In this document: one piece after another, positions 49,963 through 59,966 of the stretch
Position numbering within the stretch: position 1 is the stretch's first letter
Layout: each line of letters opens with the position of its first letter
DNA from: an uncultured Gemmatimonadaceae bacterium
Lineage (GTDB): Bacteria > Gemmatimonadota > Gemmatimonadetes > Gemmatimonadales > Gemmatimonadaceae
Direction of reading: 5' to 3'
Assembly (NCBI GenBank): GCA_963822945.1
Contig: CAWGJO010000004.1
Span: 32,001-96,000 of the forward strand
Length of the DNA: 64,000 bases
The notes under the pieces: model-generated
Seen by the model: only the letters and a program-made list of their open reading frames with translations
The model's database searches: none
What the model was told of the DNA's origin: nothing
Translations under genes and position numbers: made by a program

Positions 49963-51434
49963 TGGCGGTCGCCTCCGAAACCATCGTTCGCGTTCTGCGC
50001 GAGGCGGGAATGTTGGCCGGCACCCGCGGCCACCTGCCGGACAGCTTCGCCGGGATCACGGACGACAGCCGTCGCGTGCCTCGCCAGGGTCTGTTCCTGG
50101 CGGTGCGGGGGTCGCTTCGCGACGGGCACGACTTCCTGGACGCGGCGCGCGAGGCCGGCGCCTCCGCCGCGCTGGTCGAGGATCCCACTCGCACCGAGCT
50201 GCCTGCGATCATCGTGCGCGAGGGCACGGGGCGGCGGGCCGCCGCCGTGGCGGCCGCCGCGGCATACGACTGGCCGGCGCGCGGGCTGCGGTTCGTCGGC
50301 GTCACCGGGACCAACGGCAAGACGACCACGGTGCACATGCTGCGGCACCTGCTGGATGATGTCGACGCCCTCAGCGCCTCGATCGGCACGCTCGGGGTCC
50401 GCGTCGGCAGTGCCGGCGAGCCGCTCGACGGCGGATCGGGGCTCACGACGCCGGGCCCCGTGGAGTTGCAACGGGTCTGCCGGTCGCTGGTGGACGCGGG
50501 GGTGCGCGCGGTGGCGATGGAGATGTCGTCGCACGCGCTCGACCAGCACCGGGCCGAGGGCATCACGTTCGACGCCGCGGTGTTCACGAATCTCACGCGC
50601 GACCATCTGGACTACCACGGCACCATGGAGGCGTACTTCCAGGCGAAGGCCCTGCTGGCCGAGCAGGTGGCGGCGGATGGGGTGGTGGTCGTCAACGCCG
50701 ACGACCCGGCGTGGGAGGCGCTGCGGCCGCCGGCGCGGCTGGTTCGCTTCTCCGCGGCCGGCGCGGTGGCCGAAGTGCGGGCCATGGACATCGAGGCGGG
50801 TCCGCGGGGCAGTGGGTTCGTGCTCGCCATCGGCGCCGAGCAGCACCGCGTGGAACTTCCACTGATCGGCGATTTCAACGTGGCCAACGCCGCGGGGGCC
50901 GCGGCAGCGGCATGGGCACTTGGCGAACGGCCCTCCGTCATCGCCGAGCGCCTGTCGTCGATGCCTCAGGTGCCCGGCCGGTTGGAACTGCTCGCCCACC
51001 GGCCGCTGGTGCTGCGGGACTACAGCCACACGCCCGACTCGCTCATGCGGGCCCTGGCGGCGCTGCGCCCATTCACGGCGGGGCGGTTGATCTGCGTGTT
51101 CGGCGCGGGTGGCGATCGCGACCGGGGCAAGCGGCCACTCATGGGCGCGGTGGTGGACCGGGGTGCCGACGTCGTGGTGGTGACGAGCGACAACCCGCGC
51201 ACGGAGGATCCCGAACGCATCATCGACGAGGTCGTGGCCGGAATCGCGCGCAGCGACTACGTTCGCATCGCGGACCGGCGCGAGGCCATCGCGCATGCCC
51301 TCTCGGAGGCTCGCGCCGGCGACGTGGTGCTTCTGGCCGGCAAGGGGCACGAGACGTATCAGGTCATCGGCACCACCAACGTTCCCTTCGACGAGAAAGC
51401 GATCGTGCACGAACTGCTGGGCTCGGCGGCATGA
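49962..51434 (+). CDS. murE: MurE ligase (meso-DAP type)
   Basis: GTNGKTT, EMSSHAL, NLTRDHLDYH, DNPR, AGKGHE. Confidence 0.95.
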   Translation: MAVASETIVRVLREAGMLAGTRGHLPDSFAGITDDSRRVPRQGLFLAVRGSLRDGHDFLDAAREAGASAALVEDPTRTELPAIIVREGTGRRAAAVAAAAAYDWPARGLRFVGVTGTNGKTTTVHMLRHLLDDVDALSASIGTLGVRVGSAGEPLDGGSGLTTPGPVELQRVCRSLVDAGVRAVAMEMSSHALDQHRAEGITFDAAVFTNLTRDHLDYHGTMEAYFQAKALLAEQVAADGVVVVNADDPAWEALRPPARLVRFSAAGAVAEVRAMDIEAGPRGSGFVLAIGAEQHRVELPLIGDFNVANAAGAAAAAWALGERPSVIAERLSSMPQVPGRLELLAHRPLVLRDYSHTPDSLMRALAALRPFTAGRLICVFGAGGDRDRGKRPLMGAVVDRGADVVVVTSDNPRTEDPERIIDEVVAGIARSDYVRIADRREAIAHALSEARAGDVVLLAGKGHETYQVIGTTNVPFDEKAIVHELLGSAA

Positions 51435-52837
51435 GCATCGATGTGCGGGCACCCGAACGGCGGGAACCGCCCGCGTCGGCCCCGGTGTTCTGGACACGAG
51501 ACCGCGTGGCGGCCGCGCTCGGGCAGGGGCCGGGGGGCGACGGCCGCTTTGGCCGCGTCTGGACCGATACGCGGACCGTGCAGCGGGCCGATCTCTTCGT
51601 GGCGCTGCGGGGCCCGAACTTCGACGGCCACGACTTCCTGCAGGCGGCGGTGGACGCCGGCGCCGGGGGCGTCGTGGTCTCGGACGCCAGGCGCGGCGCG
51701 AATCTCGGGGTGCCGGTCTACGTCGTGGCCGACACGACGGAGGCGCTCGGCGCGCTGGCGCGGTTCCGACGACGCGTCTGGAGTGGACCGGTGATCGGCG
51801 TGGTCGGCTCCAACGGGAAGACCAGCACCCGGGCGCTGCTGCAGGCCGCGCTCGAGTCGCGGCTCGAAGTGCACGCGTCGGCCGCGAACTTCAACAACCT
51901 CATCGGCGTGCCGCTCACGCTGCTGGCGCTCCCCGACCACGCCGACGTGGCCGTGGTCGAGATGGGCACCAATCATCCGGGAGAGATCGCCACGCTGCGC
52001 GTGATCGCCGAACCCGACATCGTCGTCGTGACGTCGGTGGCCGAGGAGCACCTGGAGGGACTCGGGGATCTGGCCGGCGTCATGCACGAGGAGCTTTCGG
52101 CGTGCGATGGCGTGCCGCTGGCCATCGTGCCGGCCTCGCAACCCGACGTCGTCGCGGAGGCGCGGCGCCGGGCGGGCAGAACGCTGTCGGCCGGGGTGGA
52201 GGCGGGCGACTGGCGGGCCGACGACTGGAGCCTCGATGCGGACGGATTCGGGAGGGCCCGGGTGGGCGCCGTGGAGGTGACCCCCCCGGCGCGGGGCGCG
52301 CACCACCTGCGCAACGCGATGCTGGCGCTGGCAGCGGCCGACGCCTGCGGCGTGTCCGCCGAGGACGCGGCGCGTGGGCTGGCCGGCGCCCGCATGCCCG
52401 CCATGCGCGGCACCGTCGAGCCCCTTGGCCGGGCGTTGCTCGTGAACGACGCCTACAACGCCAATCCGGCGTCCGTGCTGGCGGGCCTCGAGTTGCTGTC
52501 GCGCATGGGGCAGGGACGGCAGCGCGTCGCCGTACTGGGCTCGATGCTCGAGATGGGCGCGCATTCGGCACGGGTGCACGACACCGTGGCGCGGGCGGCG
52601 CTCGACTCACCAGTGGAGTTGCTCGTCGGCATCGGCGAGTTCGCCGCCGCCTTCGATCGTGCCGGAGCGGCCCCCTCGCGCGTCATCACAGCGTCGGACG
52701 TGCCTTCGGCGTGGACGGCGCTGGCGCCCCGGCTCCGACCCGACGCCGCCATCCTGCTCAAGGGATCGCGAGGGGGGCGGCTGGAGCGGATGGCGCCGTT
52801 GGTTGCCGCGTGGGCGGCGGAGATTCAACGACAGTAG
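51431..52837 (+). CDS. murF: MurF ligase
   Basis: TDTR, GSNGKTST, NNLIGVP, EMGTNHPGEI, NDAYNANP, LKGSR. Confidence 0.94.
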   Translation: MSIDVRAPERREPPASAPVFWTRDRVAAALGQGPGGDGRFGRVWTDTRTVQRADLFVALRGPNFDGHDFLQAAVDAGAGGVVVSDARRGANLGVPVYVVADTTEALGALARFRRRVWSGPVIGVVGSNGKTSTRALLQAALESRLEVHASAANFNNLIGVPLTLLALPDHADVAVVEMGTNHPGEIATLRVIAEPDIVVVTSVAEEHLEGLGDLAGVMHEELSACDGVPLAIVPASQPDVVAEARRRAGRTLSAGVEAGDWRADDWSLDADGFGRARVGAVEVTPPARGAHHLRNAMLALAAADACGVSAEDAARGLAGARMPAMRGTVEPLGRALLVNDAYNANPASVLAGLELLSRMGQGRQRVAVLGSMLEMGAHSARVHDTVARAALDSPVELLVGIGEFAAAFDRAGAAPSRVITASDVPSAWTALAPRLRPDAAILLKGSRGGRLERMAPLVAAWAAEIQRQ

Positions 52838-52866
52838 GGCGGTAGGTCAGTAGGTTGGTAGGTCGG
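52833..52866 (+). repeat. four degenerate copies of the GGTAGGTC octamer
   Basis: AGTAGGGC GGTAGGTC AGTAGGTT GGTAGGTC starting at the murF stop. Confidence 0.85.
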
Positions 52867-52938
52867 TGCCTCCGCAGCCACGCATCCGCCCCGCGCCGAC
52901 CAGTTCACCGTTTCATCACCGCGATCTCACCCGAACAC

Positions 52939-54084
52939 GTGCTCTACCACTTCCTGGTTCCGCTCATCCACCGGTTCAGAGTCCTGAACCTGTTCACGTA
53001 CATCACGTTCCGCGCGGCCGGCGCGGCGGTGACGGCGCTCGTCCTGGCGTTCATCGTGGGCCCGATGATCATCAACCGGCTGCGCCGCCGCGAGGTGACG
53101 CAGACGGTGCGCGAAGGGACGCCGGACTCGCACGCCGGCAAGGGGCACACGCCGACGATGGGCGGGCTGATCATTCTCTTCTCCGCAATCGTGTCGACGC
53201 TGCTCTGGGCGCGGCTGAGCAGCCGGTACATCTGGCTGGCGCTCGCCGTCACCGCCGCCATGGGGGGCATCGGGCTGCTGGACGACGTGCTCAAGCTGCA
53301 CCAGAAGCGCGCCGGCAAGAAGAATCTCGGCCTGGTGGAGCGGTACAAGCTGGCGGGGCAGGTGACCATCGGCCTGCTGCTGGGGCTGTACGTGTGGCAG
53401 TTCCCGCTCGCCCCCGATCTTCCGGGCGCTTCCACCACACTCCCCTTCTTCAAGTACGTCCTGGTGGTGCCGATCTCGGCGGGCTTCGCGTGGCTGTACG
53501 TCGTGTTCACGACGTTCGTGCTCACGGGGGTGAGCAACGCGGTCAACCTCACGGACGGTCTCGACGGACTGGCGGCGGGGCTCTCGGCGATCGCGTTCTC
53601 GTCGTTTGCCGTGTTCGCCTACGCCATCGGGCGTGTGGACTGGAGCCACTATCTCGGGTTGTTCTATCTTGCCGACTCCGGCGAGCTGACGGTGTTCTGT
53701 ACGGCGATCGTGGGCGCCCTGCTGGCCTTCCTCTGGTTCAATACGCATCCCGCCGAGATCTTCATGGGCGACACCGGGTCGCTGGCGCTTGGCGGCGGGC
53801 TCGGCGCGGTGGCCATTCTGCTCAAGTCCGAGTTCCTGCTGGTGTTCATCGGCGGAGTGTTCATGTGCGAGACGTTGTCGGTGATGATCCAGCGCAGCGT
53901 GTTCAAGTACCGGCGCCGGCGATACGGGGTGGAATACGCGAGGACGCACCGGGTCTTCCTGCGCGCGCCCATCCATCATCACTTCGAGTTGAAGGGCTGG
54001 CCGGAGACGCAGGTGGTGGTCCGATTCTGGATTCTCGGGCTGCTGTGCACGTTCCTGGCGCTGGCCACGCTCAAGGTGCGGTGA
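52939..54084 (+). CDS. mraY: phospho-MurNAc-pentapeptide transferase
   Basis: TPTMGG, NAVNLTDGLDG, FMGDTGSLALGG, APIHHHFE. Confidence 0.96.
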   Translation: MLYHFLVPLIHRFRVLNLFTYITFRAAGAAVTALVLAFIVGPMIINRLRRREVTQTVREGTPDSHAGKGHTPTMGGLIILFSAIVSTLLWARLSSRYIWLALAVTAAMGGIGLLDDVLKLHQKRAGKKNLGLVERYKLAGQVTIGLLLGLYVWQFPLAPDLPGASTTLPFFKYVLVVPISAGFAWLYVVFTTFVLTGVSNAVNLTDGLDGLAAGLSAIAFSSFAVFAYAIGRVDWSHYLGLFYLADSGELTVFCTAIVGALLAFLWFNTHPAEIFMGDTGSLALGGGLGAVAILLKSEFLLVFIGGVFMCETLSVMIQRSVFKYRRRRYGVEYARTHRVFLRAPIHHHFELKGWPETQVVVRFWILGLLCTFLALATLKVR

Positions 54085-54091
54085 GCCGTTC

Positions 54092-55485
54092 ATGACGCGG
54101 AACGTTGGAGTGGCCGCGGAGTTCGGTTGGCTGCGCGGCGAAGTCGCGGTGGTCGGGCTGGCGCGGAGCGGGGTGGCCGTGAGCCGGCTGCTGGCCCGGC
54201 AGGGCGGAACCGTATACGCCTCCGATGCGGGTGAGGGGCGGGCTCTCCAGGAGGCCGCGCAGTCGCTGCGGGCCGAGGGCGTGGCGGTGGACGTCGGCGG
54301 TCACGACCTCGAGCGCATCGCCGGCGCGTCGCTCGTGGTGACCAGCCCCGGCGTGCCGCCAGACGCGCCCCCCATCGCGCGCGCGCGGCGGGAAGGAGTG
54401 CCGGTGGTGAGCGAGGTGGAGATCGGCCTGCGGTTCCTGCCCGCGCTCCGCTACATCGCGATCACCGGCACCAACGGCAAGACGACCACTACGTCGCTGG
54501 TCGCGCACCTGTTGCGATCGATGGGGCTCCGGGCGGAGGCGGCCGGGAACATCGGACGCCCGCTCAGCGAGTTGGCCCTCTCCCCGATCCGGCGCCGTGG
54601 GTGGCGCTGGAGGTGTCGTCGTTTCAGCTGCACGACACGCCGGGGATCGCGCCCGACGTGGGGGTGCTCACCAATCTGTCGGGCAATCACCTGGACCGGT
54701 ACGCCAGCGTGGAGGCGTACTACGCCGACAAGGCGCTGCTGTTCCAGAACGCGACGCCGCGCGCCACGTGGGTGGTCAATGGCGACGACGTCGCCGCGCA
54801 GGCCATGACGTGGGACGTGGCGGGGCTGCGCACGGAGTTCTCGACCGCGCATCCGGCCGACGCCCATTACGATCGCGAGGCGGATCAGTTGGTGGTGCTA
54901 GGAGAACCGCTGCTCGCGCGCCACGAACTGCGCCTGGTGGGGGACCACAACGTGGCCAACGCGCTGGCGGCCACGCTGGCCGTCATGCTGGCCGAACGGA
55001 GCCACCGCGCCCGGCCGGCGGTGTCGCAACTGGCGCAGGGGTTGCGCGAGTTCCGCGCGTTGGAGCATCGCATCGAGCCCGTGGCGGACATCGACGGCGT
55101 GCAGTGGATCAACGATTCGAAATCCACCAACGTGGCGTCCACACTCGTGGCGCTCCGCGGCATGGACCGCCCCACCGTGCTGCTGCTCGGTGGGCGCCAC
55201 AAGGGGGAACCGTACACGCCGCTGGCGGCCGAGCTGCGCCGGACGGTGAAGCGGGTGATCGCCTACGGGGAATCGGCGCCGCTCATCGAGAAGGATCTCC
55301 GGAAGGTGGTCCCCGTGGAACGCCTACCGGCCGGCGCCTCGTTCGAACGCGTGGTGCAGGCCGCGCGGGCGGCGGCGAAGCCCGGTAACGCGGTGTTGTT
55401 GTCGCCGGCGTGTTCCAGCTACGACATGTTCGACAACTACGAACAACGCGGAGCCGAGTTCAAGCGGCTCGCGTCGCGCCCGTGA
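54092..55485 (+). CDS. murD: MurD ligase, one apparent frameshift at ~54582-54585
   Basis: GLARSG, TGTNGKTTT, GNIG then EVSSFQL, NDSKSTN, LSPACSSYD; adding one C to the C run restores the frame. Confidence 0.92.
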
Positions 55486-56696
55486 CGGCATACTCCGGCC
55501 CCGACGGGTTTGCCGGTGGATCGGACGCCACGCCGGCGCGCCGGGCGGCGATGGCGAGCGGCGTGGACGTGCGCGAACGTTGGCGCATGGGGCCGGAAGC
55601 GAAGGCGCTGGTGTTCATCACCGCCGCCGTGCTCGCGTTCGGGCTCGCCGTGCTGTACAGCGCCAGCGCCATCGTGGCCATGAACGAGAACCGGTCGAGC
55701 GCCTACTTCCTGATCCGGCAGTTGGAGGGCACGGCGGTGGGCGTGGTGGCGTTCGCCATCGCCGCCAAGATGGACGCGCAGAAATGGGAGACGTGGGCCT
55801 GGCCGCTGATGTGGCTCGCGATCGTGGCGATGACGCTGGCCCTGTTCTCCCCGCGCATCCACGGCTCGCGCCGCTTCCTGTTCGGACAGTCGCTGCAGCC
55901 GTCCGAGATGGGCAAGTTCGCCGTGATCGTCTGGGTGGCGATGCTCACGGTCAAGAAGGGCGACCAGCTGCGGCATCTCACCAAGGGGATCCTCCCCTTC
56001 CTGCTCGTGATCGGGCTGCTCGACGTGCTGGCGGTGCTCGAGCCCGACCTGTCGGTAGCCATGCTGTACACGCTCCTGATGGCCGTGATCCTGTACGCCG
56101 GCGGTGCGCGGATCGGCCACTTCGTGGCCATCGGCGTGGTGGCGACGCCGCTGCTCTGGTCGCGCGTCGAGAAGCTGCAATACGCCATTCTGCGACTGAC
56201 GAGCTTCTTCGACCCCGGCTCGGCGCCGGCCACGGTGAGCTACCAGTTGCAGCAGTCGCTGGTGGCCGTGGGATCGGGCCGTCTGTTCGGCGTGGGGTTC
56301 GGGCAGGGGCGGCAGCAGTACGGATTCCTTCCCTTCCCGTACAGCGATTTCATCGCCAGCAACATCGGCGAGGAGTGGGGCTTTCTGGGACTGGCGGCGA
56401 TCACGCTGGCGTTCGCGGCGTTCGGGCTGTTCGGATTCCGCATCGCGCGACAGGCCAGATCGCCGTTCCTGCAACTGGTGGCCGTGGGGCTGACCTTCGT
56501 CACGGTGCTCACGGCACTGCTGCATGTGGGCGTCGTGGTGGGCTTGCTGCCCACCACGGGGCTCACGCTGCCGTTCGTGTCGTACGGCCGCTCGAATCTC
56601 GTCCTCACGCTGTTCACCACCGGGGTGCTGGTGAACATCGGCAGCACCAAGGAACGCGTGTACGGTGCGAACGCCACCAACCCGCTGGGCGAGTAG
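55482..56696 (+). CDS. ftsW: SEDS peptidoglycan glycosyltransferase FtsW
   Basis: YSAS, LQPSE, EPD, YQLQQS, DFI...GEEWG, GLTLPFVSYG. Confidence 0.93.
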   Translation: MTAYSGPDGFAGGSDATPARRAAMASGVDVRERWRMGPEAKALVFITAAVLAFGLAVLYSASAIVAMNENRSSAYFLIRQLEGTAVGVVAFAIAAKMDAQKWETWAWPLMWLAIVAMTLALFSPRIHGSRRFLFGQSLQPSEMGKFAVIVWVAMLTVKKGDQLRHLTKGILPFLLVIGLLDVLAVLEPDLSVAMLYTLLMAVILYAGGARIGHFVAIGVVATPLLWSRVEKLQYAILRLTSFFDPGSAPATVSYQLQQSLVAVGSGRLFGVGFGQGRQQYGFLPFPYSDFIASNIGEEWGFLGLAAITLAFAAFGLFGFRIARQARSPFLQLVAVGLTFVTVLTALLHVGVVVGLLPTTGLTLPFVSYGRSNLVLTLFTTGVLVNIGSTKERVYGANATNPLGE

Positions 56697-56700
56697 CGGC

Positions 56701-57810
56701 ATGCGGGTGATCTTCGCCGGCGGCGGCACCGGGGGCCACCTGTACCCGGGGCTGGCGATCGCCCGCGCGCTGGTGCGCCTGCGTCCCGATATCGAACCGT
56801 TCTTCGTGGGGGCGCTCCGTGGCATCGAGCGCGAGGTGCTGCCGAAAGCGGAATTCCCGTATCAACTGCTCGATCTGCAGCCGCTGCACCGGCGGTCGCC
56901 GTGGAAGAACTGGCGCACCGTGGTGAGCGCGGTGACCGTGTGGCGGAAGATCGGCAAGCTGGTAAAGGAGCAGCGGCCGGCACTCGTGGTGGGCACTGGC
57001 GGCTACGCGTCGGGGCTCATGCTCGAGTACGCCCGCCGTCGCCGGATTCCCATCGTGGAGCAGGTGGGGGACAGCTTTCCCGGCATCACGGCCCGGCGGT
57101 ACGCGCGGGACTGCGTGGAGGTCTACCTGACCTTTCCCGAAGCGGCGCGCTACCTGCGCGTCCGGTCGAAGTCCGTGCTCATCGACACGGGGGCGCCCAT
57201 CGATCCCCCGACCTCGATGAGTCTGTCGCGCGGCACGGCGCGCGCCAAGTGGGGCTTTCCGCGCGAGGGGGGCCACGTGGTGCTGGTGTATGGCGGCAGC
57301 CAGGGATCGCAGGCCATCAACCGTGCGGTGGCCGGCTGGCTCAACCTGGGGCTGCCGGACGACGTGTACCTCATCTGGATGACGGGGAAGGCGACGTACG
57401 GCGAGTTCGCGTCGTACGAGAGCGACCGGGTGCGGGTGCGCGAGTACCTGTCGCCCATTGCCGACGCATATGCTGCCGCGGATCTCGCCGTGGCGCGCGC
57501 CGGCTCGATGACCACCAGCGAACTGTTCGCGTGGAAGATTCCGGCGATCCTCGTGCCGCTCCCGACGGCGGCGGCGCAGCATCAGACCACGAATGCGGCG
57601 ACGCTGGAACACGCCGGCGCCGCGATTCACCTCCCCCAGCACCAGTTGACCGGCCCAAAGCTGCACGAACTGATCGGCGGATTGCTGGCCGATCCCGAGC
57701 GGCTGGCGCGAGTTTCAGAGGGAGCGGCGCGCCGGGCGCGCCCGCGCGCCGCCGAGGATATCGCGGAACACATCATCGCGCTCGTCGATCGGCAGCCGGC
57801 GAAGGCTTGA
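56701..57810 (+). CDS. murG: MurG glycosyltransferase
   Basis: GGGTGGHLYPG, GTGGYAS, GGSQGS, RAGSMT, HQTTNA. Confidence 0.95.
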   Translation: MRVIFAGGGTGGHLYPGLAIARALVRLRPDIEPFFVGALRGIEREVLPKAEFPYQLLDLQPLHRRSPWKNWRTVVSAVTVWRKIGKLVKEQRPALVVGTGGYASGLMLEYARRRRIPIVEQVGDSFPGITARRYARDCVEVYLTFPEAARYLRVRSKSVLIDTGAPIDPPTSMSLSRGTARAKWGFPREGGHVVLVYGGSQGSQAINRAVAGWLNLGLPDDVYLIWMTGKATYGEFASYESDRVRVREYLSPIADAYAAADLAVARAGSMTTSELFAWKIPAILVPLPTAAAQHQTTNAATLEHAGAAIHLPQHQLTGPKLHELIGGLLADPERLARVSEGAARRARPRAAEDIAEHIIALVDRQPAKA

Positions 57811-57836
57811 GTCGCGGGGCGCGCGGCGCCTATATT
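57807..57836 (+). promoter_or_regulatory. candidate internal sigma70 promoter for murC-ftsQ-ftsA
   Basis: TTGAGT-N18-TATATT in the murG-murC gap. Confidence 0.45.
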
Positions 57837-57849
57837 GCCCGCGCCTTCC

Positions 57850-59226
57850 ATGTCCCTCATCGATCCCAGTGACCCGCGCCCCGTCCACTTCGTGGGCATC
57901 GCCGGCGCCGGCATGCGCGCACTGGCCGAACTGCTCAGCAGACGCGGGGTGCGGGTCACCGGTTGCGACGCCGTCGCCGACGACGTGGGCGATCTGCGCG
58001 CCGCCGGCATCGAGGTGTTGACTGGGCACGACCCATCGCACGTGCAGGGCGCGCGCGCCCTCGTGGTCACCTCCGCCATGCCGCCGGCGCATCCCGAACT
58101 GGAGCGCGCGCGCTCGGTCGGGTGCCCGGTGATCCGGCGCGCCGAAGCGCTGGGCGAGGCCACCGCCGGCGCGGAACTCGTGGCGGTGGCCGGGACCCAC
58201 GGCAAGTCCACGACCACGGTCATGGCAACGGAAGCGCTGGCGGCGGCGGGGCTCGATCCGACGGCGCTCGTGGGCGCGCGGGTGACCGGTTGGCGCGGCA
58301 ACCTCCGCCCCGGCGGCACCACGTTGTACGTGGTGGAGGCCGACGAGTACGACCGGTCGTTCCTCGCCCTGTCGCCCACCGTCGCCGTGATCACGAACAT
58401 CGAAGCCGACCACCTGGACATCTACCGCGACCTGGACGACATCCGCGGCGCGTTCGCGCAGTTCGCGTCGGGCGCGCGCGCGGTGGTGGTCTCCGCCGAC
58501 GACGAGGTGGCCACCGGGCTGCCGCTGCCGGCGTCGGCCGACGTGGTGCGATTCGGTATCCGCTCCGCGAACGCGCGACTCCGCGCCGCCGACGTGCGGG
58601 CGGAGGACGGCGGTACCCGGTTCGAGGTGCGGTTCGACGGCACGCGCGTGGGGCAGGTTCACCTGCGGGTACCGGGAACGCACAACGTGCTCAATGCCCT
58701 TGCCGCGCTCGGCGCCGGACTGGCCGAGGGGCGCACGGTGGTCGAGATGGCGCCCGGGCTCGAAGCGTTCGGCGGCGTGGAGCGCCGCTTCCAGCGCGTG
58801 GGCGATGCCGCCGGTGTTGCGGTGGTGGACGACTACGCCCACCACCCCACGGAGATCGCGGCCACGATCGCCGCGGCGCGCGAGGCATTTCCGGGGCGGC
58901 GGCTCGTCGTGGCGTTCCAGCCGCATCTCTACTCGCGCACGCGCGACTTCGCGCCGGCCTTCGCCGCGGCGCTCGCCGGGGCCGACGTCATCTTCCTGGC
59001 CGACATCTATCCGGCGCGCGAGCAACCGATGCCCGGCGTGTCGGCGGACCTGATCGCGGACCAGCTCGGTGCGGCGCGCCACCGTCTGCAATGGCGCGGC
59101 GCGCGGAGCGACATGGCGGAGGCGCTCGCGGCCTCGGTGCGCGAGGGCGACGTGGTGCTCACGATGGGCGCGGGCGACGTGACCCGGGTCGGGCCGGCCC
59201 TCGTGGAACGGCTGGGCGGCCGGTGA
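57850..59226 (+). CDS. murC: MurC ligase
   Basis: HFVGIAGAGM, GTHGKSTT, EADEYD, DDYAHHPTE, FQPHLYSRT. Confidence 0.96.
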   Translation: MSLIDPSDPRPVHFVGIAGAGMRALAELLSRRGVRVTGCDAVADDVGDLRAAGIEVLTGHDPSHVQGARALVVTSAMPPAHPELERARSVGCPVIRRAEALGEATAGAELVAVAGTHGKSTTTVMATEALAAAGLDPTALVGARVTGWRGNLRPGGTTLYVVEADEYDRSFLALSPTVAVITNIEADHLDIYRDLDDIRGAFAQFASGARAVVVSADDEVATGLPLPASADVVRFGIRSANARLRAADVRAEDGGTRFEVRFDGTRVGQVHLRVPGTHNVLNALAALGAGLAEGRTVVEMAPGLEAFGGVERRFQRVGDAAGVAVVDDYAHHPTEIAATIAAAREAFPGRRLVVAFQPHLYSRTRDFAPAFAAALAGADVIFLADIYPAREQPMPGVSADLIADQLGAARHRLQWRGARSDMAEALAASVREGDVVLTMGAGDVTRVGPALVERLGGR

Positions 59227-59966
59227 GCGCGCGGCGCGCCGGTGCGGCGGGCGCGGAGTCCCCGCACGCCGGGGGCGAGGCGTCCGGCCGCCGGCGGCGC
59301 TGGAAGCGGATCGGGTACGTCGTGCTCGCGCTGTGTGTGCTGGCGTCGCCCTGGTGGGGACCGCCGCTGCTGTCGCAGCTGGCCTTCTTCCGCGTGCGCC
59401 ACGTGGAAGTGGTGGGAGCGCGCTACACGTCGCCGCGTGACATTCTCCGTGCGTTGCACGTCGATACCACGGCGTCGGTGTGGATCGAGCCGGGTCCCCT
59501 GGAAAAGCGGGTGGAGCAGTTGCCGGAGGTGCGCCGGGCCGTGATTCGGCGTAAGCTTCCGGGGACGCTCGTCGTCGCCGTTACCGAACGGGTGCCGGTG
59601 GCGCTGGTGCCGACGCCGCAGGGACTTCGACCGTACGACGCGGCGGGGATGCCGCTGCCGATCGATCCATCGCGCTCGCACGTGGATGTGCCGATCGTGA
59701 CGCCCCGCGACACGGCAGCCCTGCGCCTGTTGGGCGCCCTGCGGCGGCAGGCGCCGGAGTTGTACCAGCGCGTGAGTGAAGTGCGGCGGGTGGGAGACGA
59801 GTTGGATCTCTCGCTCAGTTCGTTCCTCGTTCGCGCGATGGCCGATGTGACCGTTCGCCGTCTGGAAGACGTGGAACCGGTGGCGCGGGACCTCGCCAAC
59901 CGCCGGCTCTCCGTTGCCGAGCTGGATCTCCGCTACCGTGACCAAGTGATCGCCCGACTCAAATGA
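59223..59966 (+). CDS. ftsQ: cell division protein FtsQ/DivIB
   Basis: TM, POTRA domain (FRVRHVEVVG...RKLPGTLVVAVTERVPVA), C-terminal LDLRY. Confidence 0.88.
   Translation: MSARRAGAAGAESPHAGGEASGRRRRWKRIGYVVLALCVLASPWWGPPLLSQLAFFRVRHVEVVGARYTSPRDILRALHVDTTASVWIEPGPLEKRVEQLPEVRRAVIRRKLPGTLVVAVTERVPVALVPTPQGLRPYDAAGMPLPIDPSRSHVDVPIVTPRDTAALRLLGALRRQAPELYQRVSEVRRVGDELDLSLSSFLVRAMADVTVRRLEDVEPVARDLANRRLSVAELDLRYRDQVIARLK

Noticed and set aside
54575..54600. Programmed frameshift or phase variation in murD
   Set aside because: Only a 4-C run in an essential gene; better explained by a homopolymer sequencing error, as elsewhere in the window
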